DNA from: an uncultured Planctomycetales bacterium
GTDB taxonomy: Bacteria; Omnitrophota; Gorgyraeia; Zapsychrales; Zapsychraceae
NCBI GenBank assembly: GCA_964535935.1
Contig: CAZHWM010000020.1
Span: 65,210 to 129,209 of the forward strand
Reading direction: 5' to 3'
Length of the DNA stretch: 64,000 nt
Below, piece by piece: positions 18,914-29,700 of the stretch. Positions within the stretch are counted from its first letter, which is position 1. Each line of letters opens with the position of its first letter. Below the pieces are notes generated by a model. It worked only from the letters and a program-made list of their open reading frames with translations. It was not told the DNA's origin and ran no database searches. A program made the position numbers and the translations under genes.

Positions 18914-19936
18914 TTACCAATCCTTTAATACAGGAGGCAAATTACTACTGCCTCTATAAAAATTCAATAATCTCTTCTTAGGAGCCTCTGTTTGTAGGTA
19001 TTTCTTTAATAACATCTCTGCTTTTGTTTTATCAAAATTAGAAACATGACCATATTTTGTCTGTTCAATATTACTTGAATTAAGGCCTTTATTTTTATCT
19101 TGTTCTCCTCTCCCTACAGAAATGTTATGTTGAACACTCCCCTTTTTATTCTTATTATTTCCTCTTCTATCTTTCCCTTTATTGTTTATATTATGTTGTT
19201 TTTTTTGCTTATTATAGGATTCATTATTTCTCTTACCTGCTCGATTATGCATAGAACTATTATTCCTCTGCGTATTTTGCTTCCTCTTCTTATTACCTTT
19301 TCCTCGCTCCCCCTTAGTCTTCTGATTCTGCTGCTTCTTCTTTGAATTTTTTTTACCTAAAGCATTATTTTTATTTTTCTTATTATGTAGAGGACATTGT
19401 TTATTTTGTTTATGTTTCTGTTTTTTTCTCTGCTCTTCTCTTTTCTTCTGTAGTCGTTTCAATTCTTTTTTTACATACTTATAATTATATTCTGCATCTT
19501 TATCTTTATTATCTATCTTTAACACTTCTTTATAATAAGATAAAGATTTCTTTAAATCTTCGATGGCAGAATCAATATTGCGATCTTGTCGAATAACTCC
19601 TGACTTATAAAAGGCATTACCCAAATTGTATAAAGCCTTTTGTTTTAACTTAACATCCTCTCCAAGAAGTGCCTTTTGAAGATATCCAATAGCTTTCTGA
19701 TAATCCCCTCTCTTATAAAGGGTTGTCCCCAAATCAAAGTTTATAATATCCGACTCCGGGGCATGTTTCAATGCCTGTTTATATTTTTGCTCTGCCAAGG
19801 AATAATCTTTTTGATTAAAATATTTATTCCCCTCTTTAACCAAACCATATACCGATGCAAAACTATACTTCGGCAAAAAAAATATAAAAACAAAAAAAAC
19901 AATTAGAGCATAAAAAAATATCCCCAGCCTCTTCAT
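18914..19936 (-). CDS. BatC-like TPR protein with long K/N/Q/R-rich basic region
   Basis: Signal/TM segment, TPR repeats (YSLAEQKYKQALKHAPESDIINFDLGTTLYKRGDYQKAIGYLQKAL), then about 130 aa of KKREEQRKKQKHKQNK...KNKKG low-complexity sequence. ATG 19936 (MKRLGIFF) is the likely start. Confidence 0.65.
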   Translation of the reverse strand: MKRLGIFFYALIVFFVFIFFLPKYSFASVYGLVKEGNKYFNQKDYSLAEQKYKQALKHAPESDIINFDLGTTLYKRGDYQKAIGYLQKALLGEDVKLKQKALYNLGNAFYKSGVIRQDRNIDSAIEDLKKSLSYYKEVLKIDNKDKDAEYNYKYVKKELKRLQKKREEQRKKQKHKQNKQCPLHNKKNKNNALGKKNSKKKQQNQKTKGERGKGNKKRKQNTQRNNSSMHNRAGKRNNESYNKQKKQHNINNKGKDRRGNNKNKKGSVQHNISVGRGEQDKNKGLNSSNIEQTKYGHVSNFDKTKAEMLLKKYLQTEAPKKRLLNFYRGSSNLPPVLKDW

Positions 19937-20003
19937 GTTTATCTCACCTTTTACCCTAAAATAGCTATTTCTCATTATCTTAATATATATAAAATATCAT
20001 TCG

Positions 20004-20999
20004 TTATAATCTTCTAAGACATGTATCTACTACTAACAATATTAATGCAATTGCAAGCGGAATCTGAAACCGTTCATGATAACGTTTTTCCAACCTGCTC
20101 TCTATATCTCTTTTCTCTAATTTAGATAATTCTTTTTTATATATAAAATCTAGGCCAAAATTAGCACCACTTGATTTTACATACACTCCTCCTGTTATCA
20201 AGGCTATTCGCTCAAGCAGTTTCTCATTAAGTCTTGATTTTACAAAATTACCTTTATTATCCTTTAAAAACTCCATACCACCTCTCCCATCTGGAATCTG
20301 GATAAGATCGCCTTCTTTTGTTCCCACCCCAATACAATAAACTTTTATCCCTTTTTTCTTGGCCTGTTTGGCTACTGCAATAGGATCTCCCTCTAAATTC
20401 TCACCATCTGTAATAACAATCACTACTTTATATTTCGCAGGTGTATCTTCATAACTTTTAATAGCTACTTCTATTGCCCTAGCTATATTCGTCCCTCCTC
20501 TTGGCACAGTATCAACCCCAAGATCATCCAGAGACAACATAAATCCACTATAATCCTCTGTAAGAGGACATACCAAAAATGCATCTCCTGCAAACGCTAT
20601 CAAACCTATTCTATCTCCCTTCAATTCCTTAATCAAATCCTGTACTGCTAATTTGGTCCTCTGTAATCTATTAGGCTTTACATCCGCTGTAAGCATACTT
20701 TTAGAAACATCTACTACAACAAAAATATCCAATCCTTGGCGTTTTATCTTACGCCATTCAAACCCCCACTGTGGACGAGCCATAGCTAAAATACTAAACG
20801 CAACAACAAGTACTATTAATATATAACTTCTTTTATCTGCCTTAAAGTTATCCCAACCCTCTACGATCTCTGGCAATAATCTCTCTTCTATAAATAACGA
20901 CGTCTTTTGCCTACGCCTCTTTAACGCCCATGCAAAAAAAACCATAAGAGGGATTAACAACCACAATAAATTTAAAGTTAGTGGATTTGCGTAATGCAT
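20004..20999 (-). CDS. BatB-like von Willebrand factor A domain membrane protein
   Basis: N-terminal TMs, VWA MIDAS context (DIFVVVDVSKSM...ITDGEN), C-terminal TM. Confidence 0.8.
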   Translation of the reverse strand: MHYANPLTLNLLWLLIPLMVFFAWALKRRRQKTSLFIEERLLPEIVEGWDNFKADKRSYILIVLVVAFSILAMARPQWGFEWRKIKRQGLDIFVVVDVSKSMLTADVKPNRLQRTKLAVQDLIKELKGDRIGLIAFAGDAFLVCPLTEDYSGFMLSLDDLGVDTVPRGGTNIARAIEVAIKSYEDTPAKYKVVIVITDGENLEGDPIAVAKQAKKKGIKVYCIGVGTKEGDLIQIPDGRGGMEFLKDNKGNFVKSRLNEKLLERIALITGGVYVKSSGANFGLDFIYKKELSKLEKRDIESRLEKRYHERFQIPLAIALILLVVDTCLRRL

Positions 21000-21000
21000 A

Positions 21001-21999
21001 TTATGGCACCTTCAAAAAAACGGTATTTATAAGAAATAGTTCTACTATTAACAAACATAATGCAAAAGCAACTACTCTATCAAAAAGCTCCTTATACTCA
21101 CGATATCCTGTCCGTTCCATCTCTGTCTTCTCTAATGAATCTATCTCTTTATATATATCCATCAAAGATTTAGTGTCAGTTGCCTTAAAATACCGTCCAC
21201 CTGTTATATCTGCTATCTTCTTCAAAGTATCCTCATCAAGATCTATAATAACGTTCTGATAAACCTTTCTCCCCCATGGATCGATTACTGGAAACGGGAC
21301 GTATCCCTTTGACCCAGCCCCTATAGTATAAATTCTTATTCCAAACGCCTTAGCAGCCTCTGCCGCTGCTATTGGAGATATATTACCTGCATTATTCATA
21401 CCATCCGTAAGAAGAATAATAACCTTAGATTTTGCCTTGCTCTTTTTTAACCGGTCTACAGACGCCATTATAGCCGACCCTATAGCTGTCCCATCCTTTA
21501 TAAGACCGATATGAATCCTATCTAAATTAGCCTCCAGCCACGAATAATCATTTGTAAGAGGACACACTGTATATGCTAACCCTGCAAATGTCACCAGAGC
21601 TATATTATCATTACTTCTCCTCTTAATAAAATCTTTAACTACAAGTTTTACTATATCAAGCCTATTTATCCTTTTCCCATTAATAGTGAAATCCTCTGCC
21701 TGCATGCTACCGGATGAGTCTATGGCAAGCACAATATCTATCCCCTCTGTTTTATATTTAGTCTTTTCCAAGACTGTCCTTGGACCCGCCAATGCTATAA
21801 CAAATAACATCAAAATTATCCAACGTAAAATTTCTATAATATATTTATTCTTTAGTCTAATAGAATTCTTAATCCCATAACACAATTTTATGGATGGAAA
21901 TCTAAAAGCTATCCTTCTGCGTCTTTTCTGGATAAAAAATATCACAGAAAATATCACAGGGGGGAATAACAGCATTATCCATATATCCCTAAACTCCAT
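21001..21999 (-). CDS. BatA-like von Willebrand factor A domain membrane protein
   Basis: N-terminal TMs, VWA MIDAS context (DIVLAIDSSGSM...LLTDGMNN), C-terminal TM. 1-nt gap to the next VWA gene. Confidence 0.8.
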   Translation of the reverse strand: MEFRDIWIMLLFPPVIFSVIFFIQKRRRRIAFRFPSIKLCYGIKNSIRLKNKYIIEILRWIILMLFVIALAGPRTVLEKTKYKTEGIDIVLAIDSSGSMQAEDFTINGKRINRLDIVKLVVKDFIKRRSNDNIALVTFAGLAYTVCPLTNDYSWLEANLDRIHIGLIKDGTAIGSAIMASVDRLKKSKAKSKVIILLTDGMNNAGNISPIAAAEAAKAFGIRIYTIGAGSKGYVPFPVIDPWGRKVYQNVIIDLDEDTLKKIADITGGRYFKATDTKSLMDIYKEIDSLEKTEMERTGYREYKELFDRVVAFALCLLIVELFLINTVFLKVP

Positions 22000-22636
22000 G
22001 TCCTTCCTCTTTATTTAGGTCATCTGGCCTTTCAATAGGTATCGTTTCCTTAATTAATCTAGTCGCTAAGGCAAAGCTATCTTCTGACTCGGAAACAGTA
22101 GGATTATACTTTGCAAACTTCACCATATCAGATGCTTGAAGAAATTGTTTCAATGTATCTTTTTGAAATTCTTTTAAAAAATCACAATTTTTTAATGATA
22201 TAAGGAATTCTTCCGTGGTCATCTCTGGTGCCCTAATTCTAAACCTTGCCTCAAAATAACTCCTAACTATATCAGATAGTCTTGAATAATACTCTTTATA
22301 GTTACCTTTAGCAATTAGCCCTTCTGCCTTCAATCGTTCTAATTCTTCAAATGCTATCTCCCATGGATTCTTCACAACTTCTTCTTCCTTAAATGTCTTC
22401 CTTGTTTTATCCTTATTTTTATACCATAACCAAATAATTCCAATTATTAGAGCCAAACTCAATACGATAATTATTATAATAAAAAATATATTTAAAGGCA
22501 TACTAACTGGTGGACGAACATCCTTTATGTCTCCTGCAAAAGCCTGAGAAGTCAAAAATAACATCACTATATTACACCCCAAAAACAATTTGCTTTTATA
22601 ATAAGAGATATCAAAATCTACTCTGGGAAGATTCAT
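21989..22636 (-). CDS. DUF4381-like membrane protein typical of MoxR/Bat operons
   Basis: Signal segment, single TM (IFFIIIIIVLSLALIIGIIWLWY), then NPWEIAFEELERL...YYSRLSDIVRSYFEARF...EMTTEEF, the usual pattern of this family. Confidence 0.55.
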   Translation of the reverse strand: MNLPRVDFDISYYKSKLFLGCNIVMLFLTSQAFAGDIKDVRPPVSMPLNIFFIIIIIVLSLALIIGIIWLWYKNKDKTRKTFKEEEVVKNPWEIAFEELERLKAEGLIAKGNYKEYYSRLSDIVRSYFEARFRIRAPEMTTEEFLISLKNCDFLKEFQKDTLKQFLQASDMVKFAKYNPTVSESEDSFALATRLIKETIPIERPDDLNKEEGHGV

Positions 22637-22666
22637 ACTATTGCTCCATAAAAATATACTGAAATT

Positions 22667-23647
22667 TTAATATCGTGACATTTTTCTTCGCCGAATAAAA
22701 AACCTGACAAGGGCATCTGTATATGACTGTGCTGTCGAAATATTAACATAGTCAATCCCGACAGACCTAAACATTTGTTCTCTTTTTTCTATTCTTAACA
22801 AATTAATTCGTCTATATTGCTCTCTCACGTTTTTATCAAAACAATCTATATAAACCTCCTTCCCCGATTCCGCATCACGTAATGCCACAATGCCACAATC
22901 AGGTAATTCATATTCTCTAGGATCATTTAAGGTTATAGCTATCATATCATGCCGTTTATTCGCAATGGACAATGTCTTTCTTAGAGTATCCTCTTCTGAG
23001 ACAATGCCCGTATCACTATTCATATTTTCTTCGAGGAAATCTGATATTAAGAAAGATATAGTACTCCTTGTAGTTATCTTGTTAAGATATTCAAGGGCTC
23101 CTACTATATCAGTCTTACCGCCTTTATATAAAATATCTCCATCAATACCGTTTATTTCATTAGATTTGTAATTCAAACTGGTTGCCTCAGCAATATATAA
23201 TATCTCCCTTATAACCCTTAATACATGCCCCCGGCCTTTTCTGGGAGGAATAAATCTATCTACCTTATCACTAAATACAATCAAGCCTACTTTATCATTA
23301 TTACGTATAGCAGAAAGGGCAAGCAAGGCAGAAATCTCTGCAGCAAGTCGTATCTTTAACATATTAACAGAAGCGAATAAAGACGATGGAGAAGCATCTA
23401 CCATAACCATCACAGTTAATTCCCTCTCCTCTACAAATTTCTTGACATATACTCTTCCCATACGTGCTGTCACATTCCAGTCGATAGTCCGGATATCATC
23501 TCCCGGTTGGTACTCCCTTACCTCTTCAAACTCTATACCTTCACCTTTAAATACACTATGATACTGTCCTGCAAATACATCTGAAACTAACCGGGAGGTA
23601 GTTATCTCAATACGTCTAATCTTTTGTAATAATTCTCTAGAAATCAT
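22667..23647 (-). CDS. DUF58 domain protein (MoxR-associated, VWA-like)
   Basis: GQYHSVFKGEGIEFEEVREYQPGDDIRTIDWNVTAR is the DUF58 signature. 4-nt overlap with moxR. Confidence 0.85.
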   Translation of the reverse strand: MISRELLQKIRRIEITTSRLVSDVFAGQYHSVFKGEGIEFEEVREYQPGDDIRTIDWNVTARMGRVYVKKFVEERELTVMVMVDASPSSLFASVNMLKIRLAAEISALLALSAIRNNDKVGLIVFSDKVDRFIPPRKGRGHVLRVIREILYIAEATSLNYKSNEINGIDGDILYKGGKTDIVGALEYLNKITTRSTISFLISDFLEENMNSDTGIVSEEDTLRKTLSIANKRHDMIAITLNDPREYELPDCGIVALRDAESGKEVYIDCFDKNVREQYRRINLLRIEKREQMFRSVGIDYVNISTAQSYTDALVRFFIRRRKMSRY

Positions 23648-24639
23648 GGCACTTCTATCTCATCGAATATTCTCTTTATAAGATCCTCTGAGGTCTTCTC
23701 CTCTGCCTCTGCTTCATAACTAATAATAATTCTATGGCGAAGCACGTCCAGCCCTATGGATTTAATATCCTGTGGTGTAACATATCCTCGTCCCTGTAAA
23801 AATGCATGTGCCTTAGATGCCAAAGCAAGAAAAATGGTAGCCCTTGGGGATGCACCATATTGAATTAAGGTCTTTATATCTTTTAAATTATATTCTTCCG
23901 GGGTTCGTGTAGCAGTAACTATATCCACTATATATTTCTCTATCTTCTCGTCCATATATATCTCATTAACCACAGAACGAGCCCTTAACAAATCCTCCGG
24001 GGATATGACTGCATTGACCTCCATGTTTGCAGAAGTTACCGCCATTCGCTGCAAAATCTTCAGTTCCTCTGCCTTATTTGGATAATCCACCTTCACCTTA
24101 AGCATAAACCGATCAACCTGCGCCTCTGGTAACGGATACGTCCCTTCCTGTTCAATCGGATTCTGTGTAGCAAGAACAAGAAAAGGATTATCTAATCGAA
24201 AAGTTTCTGATCCTATTGTAATCTGTCTTTCCTGCATGGCTTCAAGAAGTGCACTTTGCACCTTAGCAGGTGCACGGTTAATCTCATCCGCAAGAATAAT
24301 GTTAGCAAAAATAGGTCCTTTTTTTACGGTAAACTCACCGTTTTTTTGATCATAAATAAGCGTACCGGTTAGATCCGCAGGAAGCATATCAGGGGTAAAT
24401 TGTATACGTTGAAACCTTGTTTGAATGGTGGAAGATATGGTCTTAACTGCAGTAGTTTTTGCTAGCCCAGGTACCCCCTCTAAAAGTATATGTCCATCTG
24501 CCAATAAACCTATTAACAACCGCTCAAGCAAATCTCTTTGCCCCACAACCACTTTACGTGCTTCAAGCAATATTGCCTCAATAAAACTACTTTCTTTCTT
24601 AACCTTTTCATTGATTAATGTAATTTCATTATTTCCCAT
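23644..24639 (-). CDS. moxR: MoxR-family AAA+ ATPase
   Basis: VVVGQRDLLERLLIGLLADGHILLEGVPGLAKT (Walker A), ILADEINRA (Walker B). First gene of the Bat string. Confidence 0.9.
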   Translation of the reverse strand: MGNNEITLINEKVKKESSFIEAILLEARKVVVGQRDLLERLLIGLLADGHILLEGVPGLAKTTAVKTISSTIQTRFQRIQFTPDMLPADLTGTLIYDQKNGEFTVKKGPIFANIILADEINRAPAKVQSALLEAMQERQITIGSETFRLDNPFLVLATQNPIEQEGTYPLPEAQVDRFMLKVKVDYPNKAEELKILQRMAVTSANMEVNAVISPEDLLRARSVVNEIYMDEKIEKYIVDIVTATRTPEEYNLKDIKTLIQYGASPRATIFLALASKAHAFLQGRGYVTPQDIKSIGLDVLRHRIIISYEAEAEEKTSEDLIKRIFDEIEVP

Positions 24640-24798
24640 ACCAAATCTCCTTTTATAAATAATATTCTATTATCTATATAACATACTAACCTCTATTTAT
24701 CTATAATTAAAGTAATACATTTTTCATAGACATCTCTAGTTATTTTTTCTAATACAATTAATTTTTATAATATTTTTTTAAAGATTACAACAAAAAAA

Positions 24799-27700
24799 CT
24801 ATTTGAAGAATACATCTATCCGCTCTATCTTACGCTCGCGGACATCATTTGAATACGGAGAAGCAACGACATGAGAAGATATAGTAATCGGCCGTTTGCG
24901 ATTATGGTAAGTCAACGTTATTCCTTCCACCTGAACTGCATTTTCGCCAAACGTATTGCCACGTTTTGGATTATGGTAGACCACAATTGTCCCACCGAGA
25001 AAATTAAATGCATAGATATTCTCATGGAGTTCTATTTTCTTTCTAGTTCCTTTTATGTCAAAATATTCTAAGCATGTAGGCTCAGTAGTAAATATCCAAC
25101 CTGGTAGTGCAGGGTTAAAGGAAAGTATTAATTCTTTATTAGCATTTAAAGAAAACGGCTTTTTCCCAATATTCATATATAACCACATATGCAAAAACTC
25201 TGCTGTACTACCAGAAAGTCTTGCAACAAACCCCCTACCATGTAAAGAAGAATCATTATGTACACTACTTACAAGAAAAGACGAATTTTCAAAAATACTA
25301 CGCCCATATTGTTCAGGATTAAGAAATGGGATTAGTGTATTGCGAAAATTATCATAATATTCTTCAAACAAATCATTACGTAAAAGTTCTAGAAGAAATT
25401 TATATTCCATATGCAGCCATACAGATTCATTCTCTAACCACCCTTTAGGGAAAATCCTTGTCCGGCCTATCTCTTCTGTCTCAGTAGAAATATCAGCACT
25501 AACTTTATACATCTTTAACTTATGGTCAAACAAACCACTTTCCCTCACCTTAACGTATAATTGTCTTGCTTGTTCTTTATCTTTTGCCACCCTTAAGGCA
25601 TGGACATATCCTTCCAAAAAGGGTGGCAGCATATGTAGCTTAAATTTGGTTGGTCTAAGATAAGAGGTCCCTTCATTACCCCTGCCGTCTAAGAATTCAT
25701 ATTCTATAACCTCATGATAAAAATACGTACAAACTCCTCCATTACTATCTTTTGCCTTACTTACTGCCCCATCCACCCTCGCAACAACAAGATTCAGAAA
25801 ATTTTTAATCTCAGAAGCTGGCATCTGCTTCTCTTCACCACTTATGCCTATCCTCACCCTCTGTCTGTAATGTTCTTTTATATCATTTGATTTAAGCCAA
25901 TACTGATATGGATCTGTTTCAAAAGAAAGTAAATTACTTAATCCAGAGATAAAGGTAGCCAATTCCTCAAATACTGTCAAGCTATAATTATCATCCAATG
26001 CAAGTTGCTTTATAGCTTCCAATAAAAACGTAGCTAACCTTTTAATTTCATACGTCTCTGACACAGATGACCCTAATAATCCCGGTAGACCATTTAAAGA
26101 ATCATACCAGTTAGGTTTTTCTGCCTCCATCTCAACGCCTATGCCACTAGGATCTAAGCTAGCAATCTTGTTCGCTATCAGACACAATAACTTACAGACA
26201 AGATTTGTATAATAAACAGCCCCTGTTCCATTTTTAATCCTCAATTTATTTCCTTTACCAGCGGCATCTATTTCCTCAGCCCCATCAACAACACTATGAT
26301 ACTGACGTACTCCTCTATCTGTTAATATATAACGTCTATGACGAGGCAAAACATAATGAGAGTTAAGATAAAAACTAAATGACTTGTTATTTAACAACAA
26401 ATCTTCTAACTTTTCAGGATACAGCGATAGGTAACTTTCTATGATATCCATATTATACGTCCAATGATCCGTCCAAAACCCTTCCCCATGTTCAGCAATC
26501 TCCTGTTTACAGCACACCTCAAGTAAACGTCCCAAGAAATCCTTCATAGACAACTTTATTTGAATAGCTTTCTCCTCAATAAAACTAACCAATGCCCCAG
26601 GGAGGAACCCCTCTTTTATATACTCCTTTATGATATCAATAGATTTACCTTCAACATAAGAGTTCAAAATCTCATTAATTTTAGCATCTGTCTCTGGACA
26701 AAAAGTGGTGCCCTTCACTACCAATGGATTATAACCATCTGCTTGTATGAGATTAAGAAAATTTATGATATTACTATCACCAACGTCTGTATTAAACCAA
26801 ATATCATTTCTTCGATTCTGGTTAACATCCCTATAATTACCATTACCTTGAGAGTAGAAAGTAGGGGAAAGGAAAAAATAGTTATAATCTCTCTCCAAAT
26901 CCCCATGTTTGCGGCTATATACATTAAACGTAACATTACCTTCACTGGTCTTTATAGATACTGGAAATCCTCCTCTCAATACATTATCAAGAAACGTATG
27001 AGAAGAATATAAATCAAACTCTCTTGATGCACTTTTTGTTAAAGCAAAATTTCTAATACCTGCTATAATGGCCTCATTTTCTTCTGCCTTCTGTGCTATA
27101 AAACCAGGGTTAACTACCTGCTTAACAATCCTATCAACTTGTTCTTCACTATGTGCATACCCAAACAATGATACAATCTCTACCCTCTCCCCTGCCTTTA
27201 AGCTATATTTACCATACCCCATAGCAGAAGGTGTCCTATTCTCGGTGTGTTGTTGGTCTGGCAAAACAAATTCATCACTAAAAAACCTATATGGAGCAGT
27301 AAAATCACATACCCCACCAAATACACATGTACTATCTACTATTACATCTAATAAAGATAAACTCGAGTCTGCATTTTCATCTGTATTAAAAGAACCATTA
27401 CCTTTATCATGAAAAGAAAAAAAGAAATTGCCCTGACGAATGTGTGTAACCTCAGGTCTGTCACATACCTCTACTTTTAATCTATAATATGGTGTATTTT
27501 TATCTATCCCACATACATTAACCCATGCCTCTATGGTACGTGAAATATTTTTATTTAACACATCTGTCACTCCATATGGGACTATTAAAGGTATTCCATC
27601 TATAACCTCAATACCGCAATCATCTCCTCCTAAATTTTCAAATGTAACTCTCCTTACTAAAGCAGAATAAGGTTCCTGTGGTAATGTAAAATAATTAACC

Positions 27701-28125
27701 TTAATAGATAATCCCAATTCATAATTAATCTCTTCAAGAATAATATCATGAGCAGAAATAGATAAAGTCTGTCTTTTTTTAAAATCCGTACCAATAAGAC
27801 AACTCTGAAACGGTTCCCAATAATTACTCCCTTCAGACTTATTTACCTTAACAAAGCTACGAAATCCCTGTAAAGATACCAATCTATATGCCTTATTCGC
27901 AGGTTGAAACTCCATTATAGCTTTATCTTTTGATTCAATTCCAAAACTCGACACACACTGACCACGATTTACATAAAACACCCACATAGGTATTCCCCAA
28001 AGTCCAGCTATCCCGGGGAAGAAACTACTAAAAGGTTTACTTTTATTGTAATTCTCAATAACGAATCTTCCTCTACTATCAATATAATATTTAACCTTTT
28101 CTTCCGTTATGGAAAGATTGCTCAT
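24799..28125 (-). CDS. Large GH94-like (cellobiose/glucan phosphorylase-like) protein; function uncertain
   Basis: 1108 aa. N-terminal FFPGIAGLWGIPMWVFYVNRGQ and central GNGNYRDVNQNRRND (cf. the FRDSNQD motif of GH94-type phosphorylases). Recognition from memory only. Confidence 0.4.
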   Translation of the reverse strand: MSNLSITEEKVKYYIDSRGRFVIENYNKSKPFSSFFPGIAGLWGIPMWVFYVNRGQCVSSFGIESKDKAIMEFQPANKAYRLVSLQGFRSFVKVNKSEGSNYWEPFQSCLIGTDFKKRQTLSISAHDIILEEINYELGLSIKVNYFTLPQEPYSALVRRVTFENLGGDDCGIEVIDGIPLIVPYGVTDVLNKNISRTIEAWVNVCGIDKNTPYYRLKVEVCDRPEVTHIRQGNFFFSFHDKGNGSFNTDENADSSLSLLDVIVDSTCVFGGVCDFTAPYRFFSDEFVLPDQQHTENRTPSAMGYGKYSLKAGERVEIVSLFGYAHSEEQVDRIVKQVVNPGFIAQKAEENEAIIAGIRNFALTKSASREFDLYSSHTFLDNVLRGGFPVSIKTSEGNVTFNVYSRKHGDLERDYNYFFLSPTFYSQGNGNYRDVNQNRRNDIWFNTDVGDSNIINFLNLIQADGYNPLVVKGTTFCPETDAKINEILNSYVEGKSIDIIKEYIKEGFLPGALVSFIEEKAIQIKLSMKDFLGRLLEVCCKQEIAEHGEGFWTDHWTYNMDIIESYLSLYPEKLEDLLLNNKSFSFYLNSHYVLPRHRRYILTDRGVRQYHSVVDGAEEIDAAGKGNKLRIKNGTGAVYYTNLVCKLLCLIANKIASLDPSGIGVEMEAEKPNWYDSLNGLPGLLGSSVSETYEIKRLATFLLEAIKQLALDDNYSLTVFEELATFISGLSNLLSFETDPYQYWLKSNDIKEHYRQRVRIGISGEEKQMPASEIKNFLNLVVARVDGAVSKAKDSNGGVCTYFYHEVIEYEFLDGRGNEGTSYLRPTKFKLHMLPPFLEGYVHALRVAKDKEQARQLYVKVRESGLFDHKLKMYKVSADISTETEEIGRTRIFPKGWLENESVWLHMEYKFLLELLRNDLFEEYYDNFRNTLIPFLNPEQYGRSIFENSSFLVSSVHNDSSLHGRGFVARLSGSTAEFLHMWLYMNIGKKPFSLNANKELILSFNPALPGWIFTTEPTCLEYFDIKGTRKKIELHENIYAFNFLGGTIVVYHNPKRGNTFGENAVQVEGITLTYHNRKRPITISSHVVASPYSNDVRERKIERIDVFFK

Positions 28126-28192
28126 CTTTAAAGTCCTTTACTTAATTTATATACCCCTTCCTTATTCTATTTTTCTAACCTTAATCATCCTA

Positions 28193-29011
28193 TCAAAAAG
28201 GAGCTCTATATCCCCTAAACAAATTATAATAACCTGATAACTTAGCCCATAAAATAATATCACTATTATCTTTATTGCTAAATTTTATTCGATTTAATTC
28301 AAACACATCAAGATTCTTTTTGTCAAAACCTCGATTTGTTGTACACGCGCCTTTATAACCTGCAGATACTAACATCTTCTTTATATCCTGTGTAAATCCA
28401 CCAATAGGATAAGCAAAATAACTTATCTTCCTACCTAATTTATCTTCTAAAATACGTTTACTTGTAAAAATTTCATCTCTTTGCCGCTTTTTAGAAAAAG
28501 AAGGCAAATATTCTCCTACCCTACCATGACTGCCTATATCGACACCATGTTTTGCCATTTCCTTAATTTCTTCCCACGTTAACCTACCTTTAGTATTTAC
28601 TAAATCTGATGGAATAAACATAGTTGCAGGAAAACCATATTGCTTTAAGATAGGATACGCATTAGTATAATTATTTTCAAACCCATCGTCAAAGGTTATA
28701 ACAACAGTTTTCCTAGAGATATGTTGCTTTTCTTTTATCGCTGTTACAAGCTCATCAAGACTAATAACATTATAACCATGCTCTTTAAGATATATCATAT
28801 GCCGTTCAAAATTCTCAGGTGTTATCCAATTCCCTTCACTATAATGTGTATTATCAACATTATGATACATCATAATAGGGACAACATAGTTATTCGATAC
28901 CCATAGAAGAAAGCAACTTCCTATAAAAAAAATAAAAACGATCAATATTATAAAAATTTTTCTAACCTTGTCCATCCCTTTTCTATAAATATATAGATCT
29001 TTATTTTTCAA
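28193..29011 (-). CDS. Polysaccharide deacetylase (CE4/NodB domain), membrane-anchored
   Basis: N-terminal TM. VVITFDDGFENNYTNAYPILKQYGFPATMFIPS NodB motif. Confidence 0.85.
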   Translation of the reverse strand: MKNKDLYIYRKGMDKVRKIFIILIVFIFFIGSCFLLWVSNNYVVPIMMYHNVDNTHYSEGNWITPENFERHMIYLKEHGYNVISLDELVTAIKEKQHISRKTVVITFDDGFENNYTNAYPILKQYGFPATMFIPSDLVNTKGRLTWEEIKEMAKHGVDIGSHGRVGEYLPSFSKKRQRDEIFTSKRILEDKLGRKISYFAYPIGGFTQDIKKMLVSAGYKGACTTNRGFDKKNLDVFELNRIKFSNKDNSDIILWAKLSGYYNLFRGYRAPF

Positions 29012-29210
29012 TTAAAAAATAAACAGAAGTTATATTAATATATAGATAAAACTATGTCAAGCTATGTATAATATAATACTCACCCTATTATATCCTTTCA
29101 AATATTATCGTATCTAAAAAATAAAGATGCATCCCCTTTCTTTTAATCTCAACCCTTAAATACACGAAACACCTTTTGAGTTCCTAATCAATTCTAACAC
29201 CTTCAAGTGG

Positions 29211-29660
29211 TTACATAGCCAAAAGTGTATTTCTAACTATCTCACTCACTTTTTTATTATCAGCCCTGCCTGCAAGTCTAGATATAACCAACTTCATCAC
29301 CTTACCCATATCCTTAACAGAAGAAGCGGATACTTCTTTTATGCACTCTCTAACAGTAGGAAGTATTTCCTCTTCTGATAACTCTTGAGGCAAATAAAGT
29401 TTTAATATATCTAATTCTGTTCTCTCTTTTTGAGCTAAATCTGCTCTACCTCCCTTTTCAAACTGTTCTATAGAATCCTGTCTCTGTCTTAGCTGTTTTT
29501 TTATAACAACAACAACTTCAGCATCATCTAAGACGTCTTTCTTTTTCTCTATAGCCACATTTTTTAACTGAGCCCTTAAGAAATTCAATGTGGAAGACTT
29601 AACAGTATTTTTTTGTTTCAATGCATCTATATAATCCTTATTAATTTGCTCCTGTAACAT
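29211..29660 (-). CDS. yqeY: GatB/YqeY domain protein
   Basis: 149 aa. LRAQLKNVAIEKKK...DAEVVVVIKKQLRQRQDSIEQFEKGGRADLAQKERTELDILKLYLPQ is typical YqeY. Confidence 0.85.
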   Translation of the reverse strand: MLQEQINKDYIDALKQKNTVKSSTLNFLRAQLKNVAIEKKKDVLDDAEVVVVIKKQLRQRQDSIEQFEKGGRADLAQKERTELDILKLYLPQELSEEEILPTVRECIKEVSASSVKDMGKVMKLVISRLAGRADNKKVSEIVRNTLLAM

Positions 29661-29700
29661 CTACAGTCCCTCCTTTTATATCATACAATAAATGATCTAG

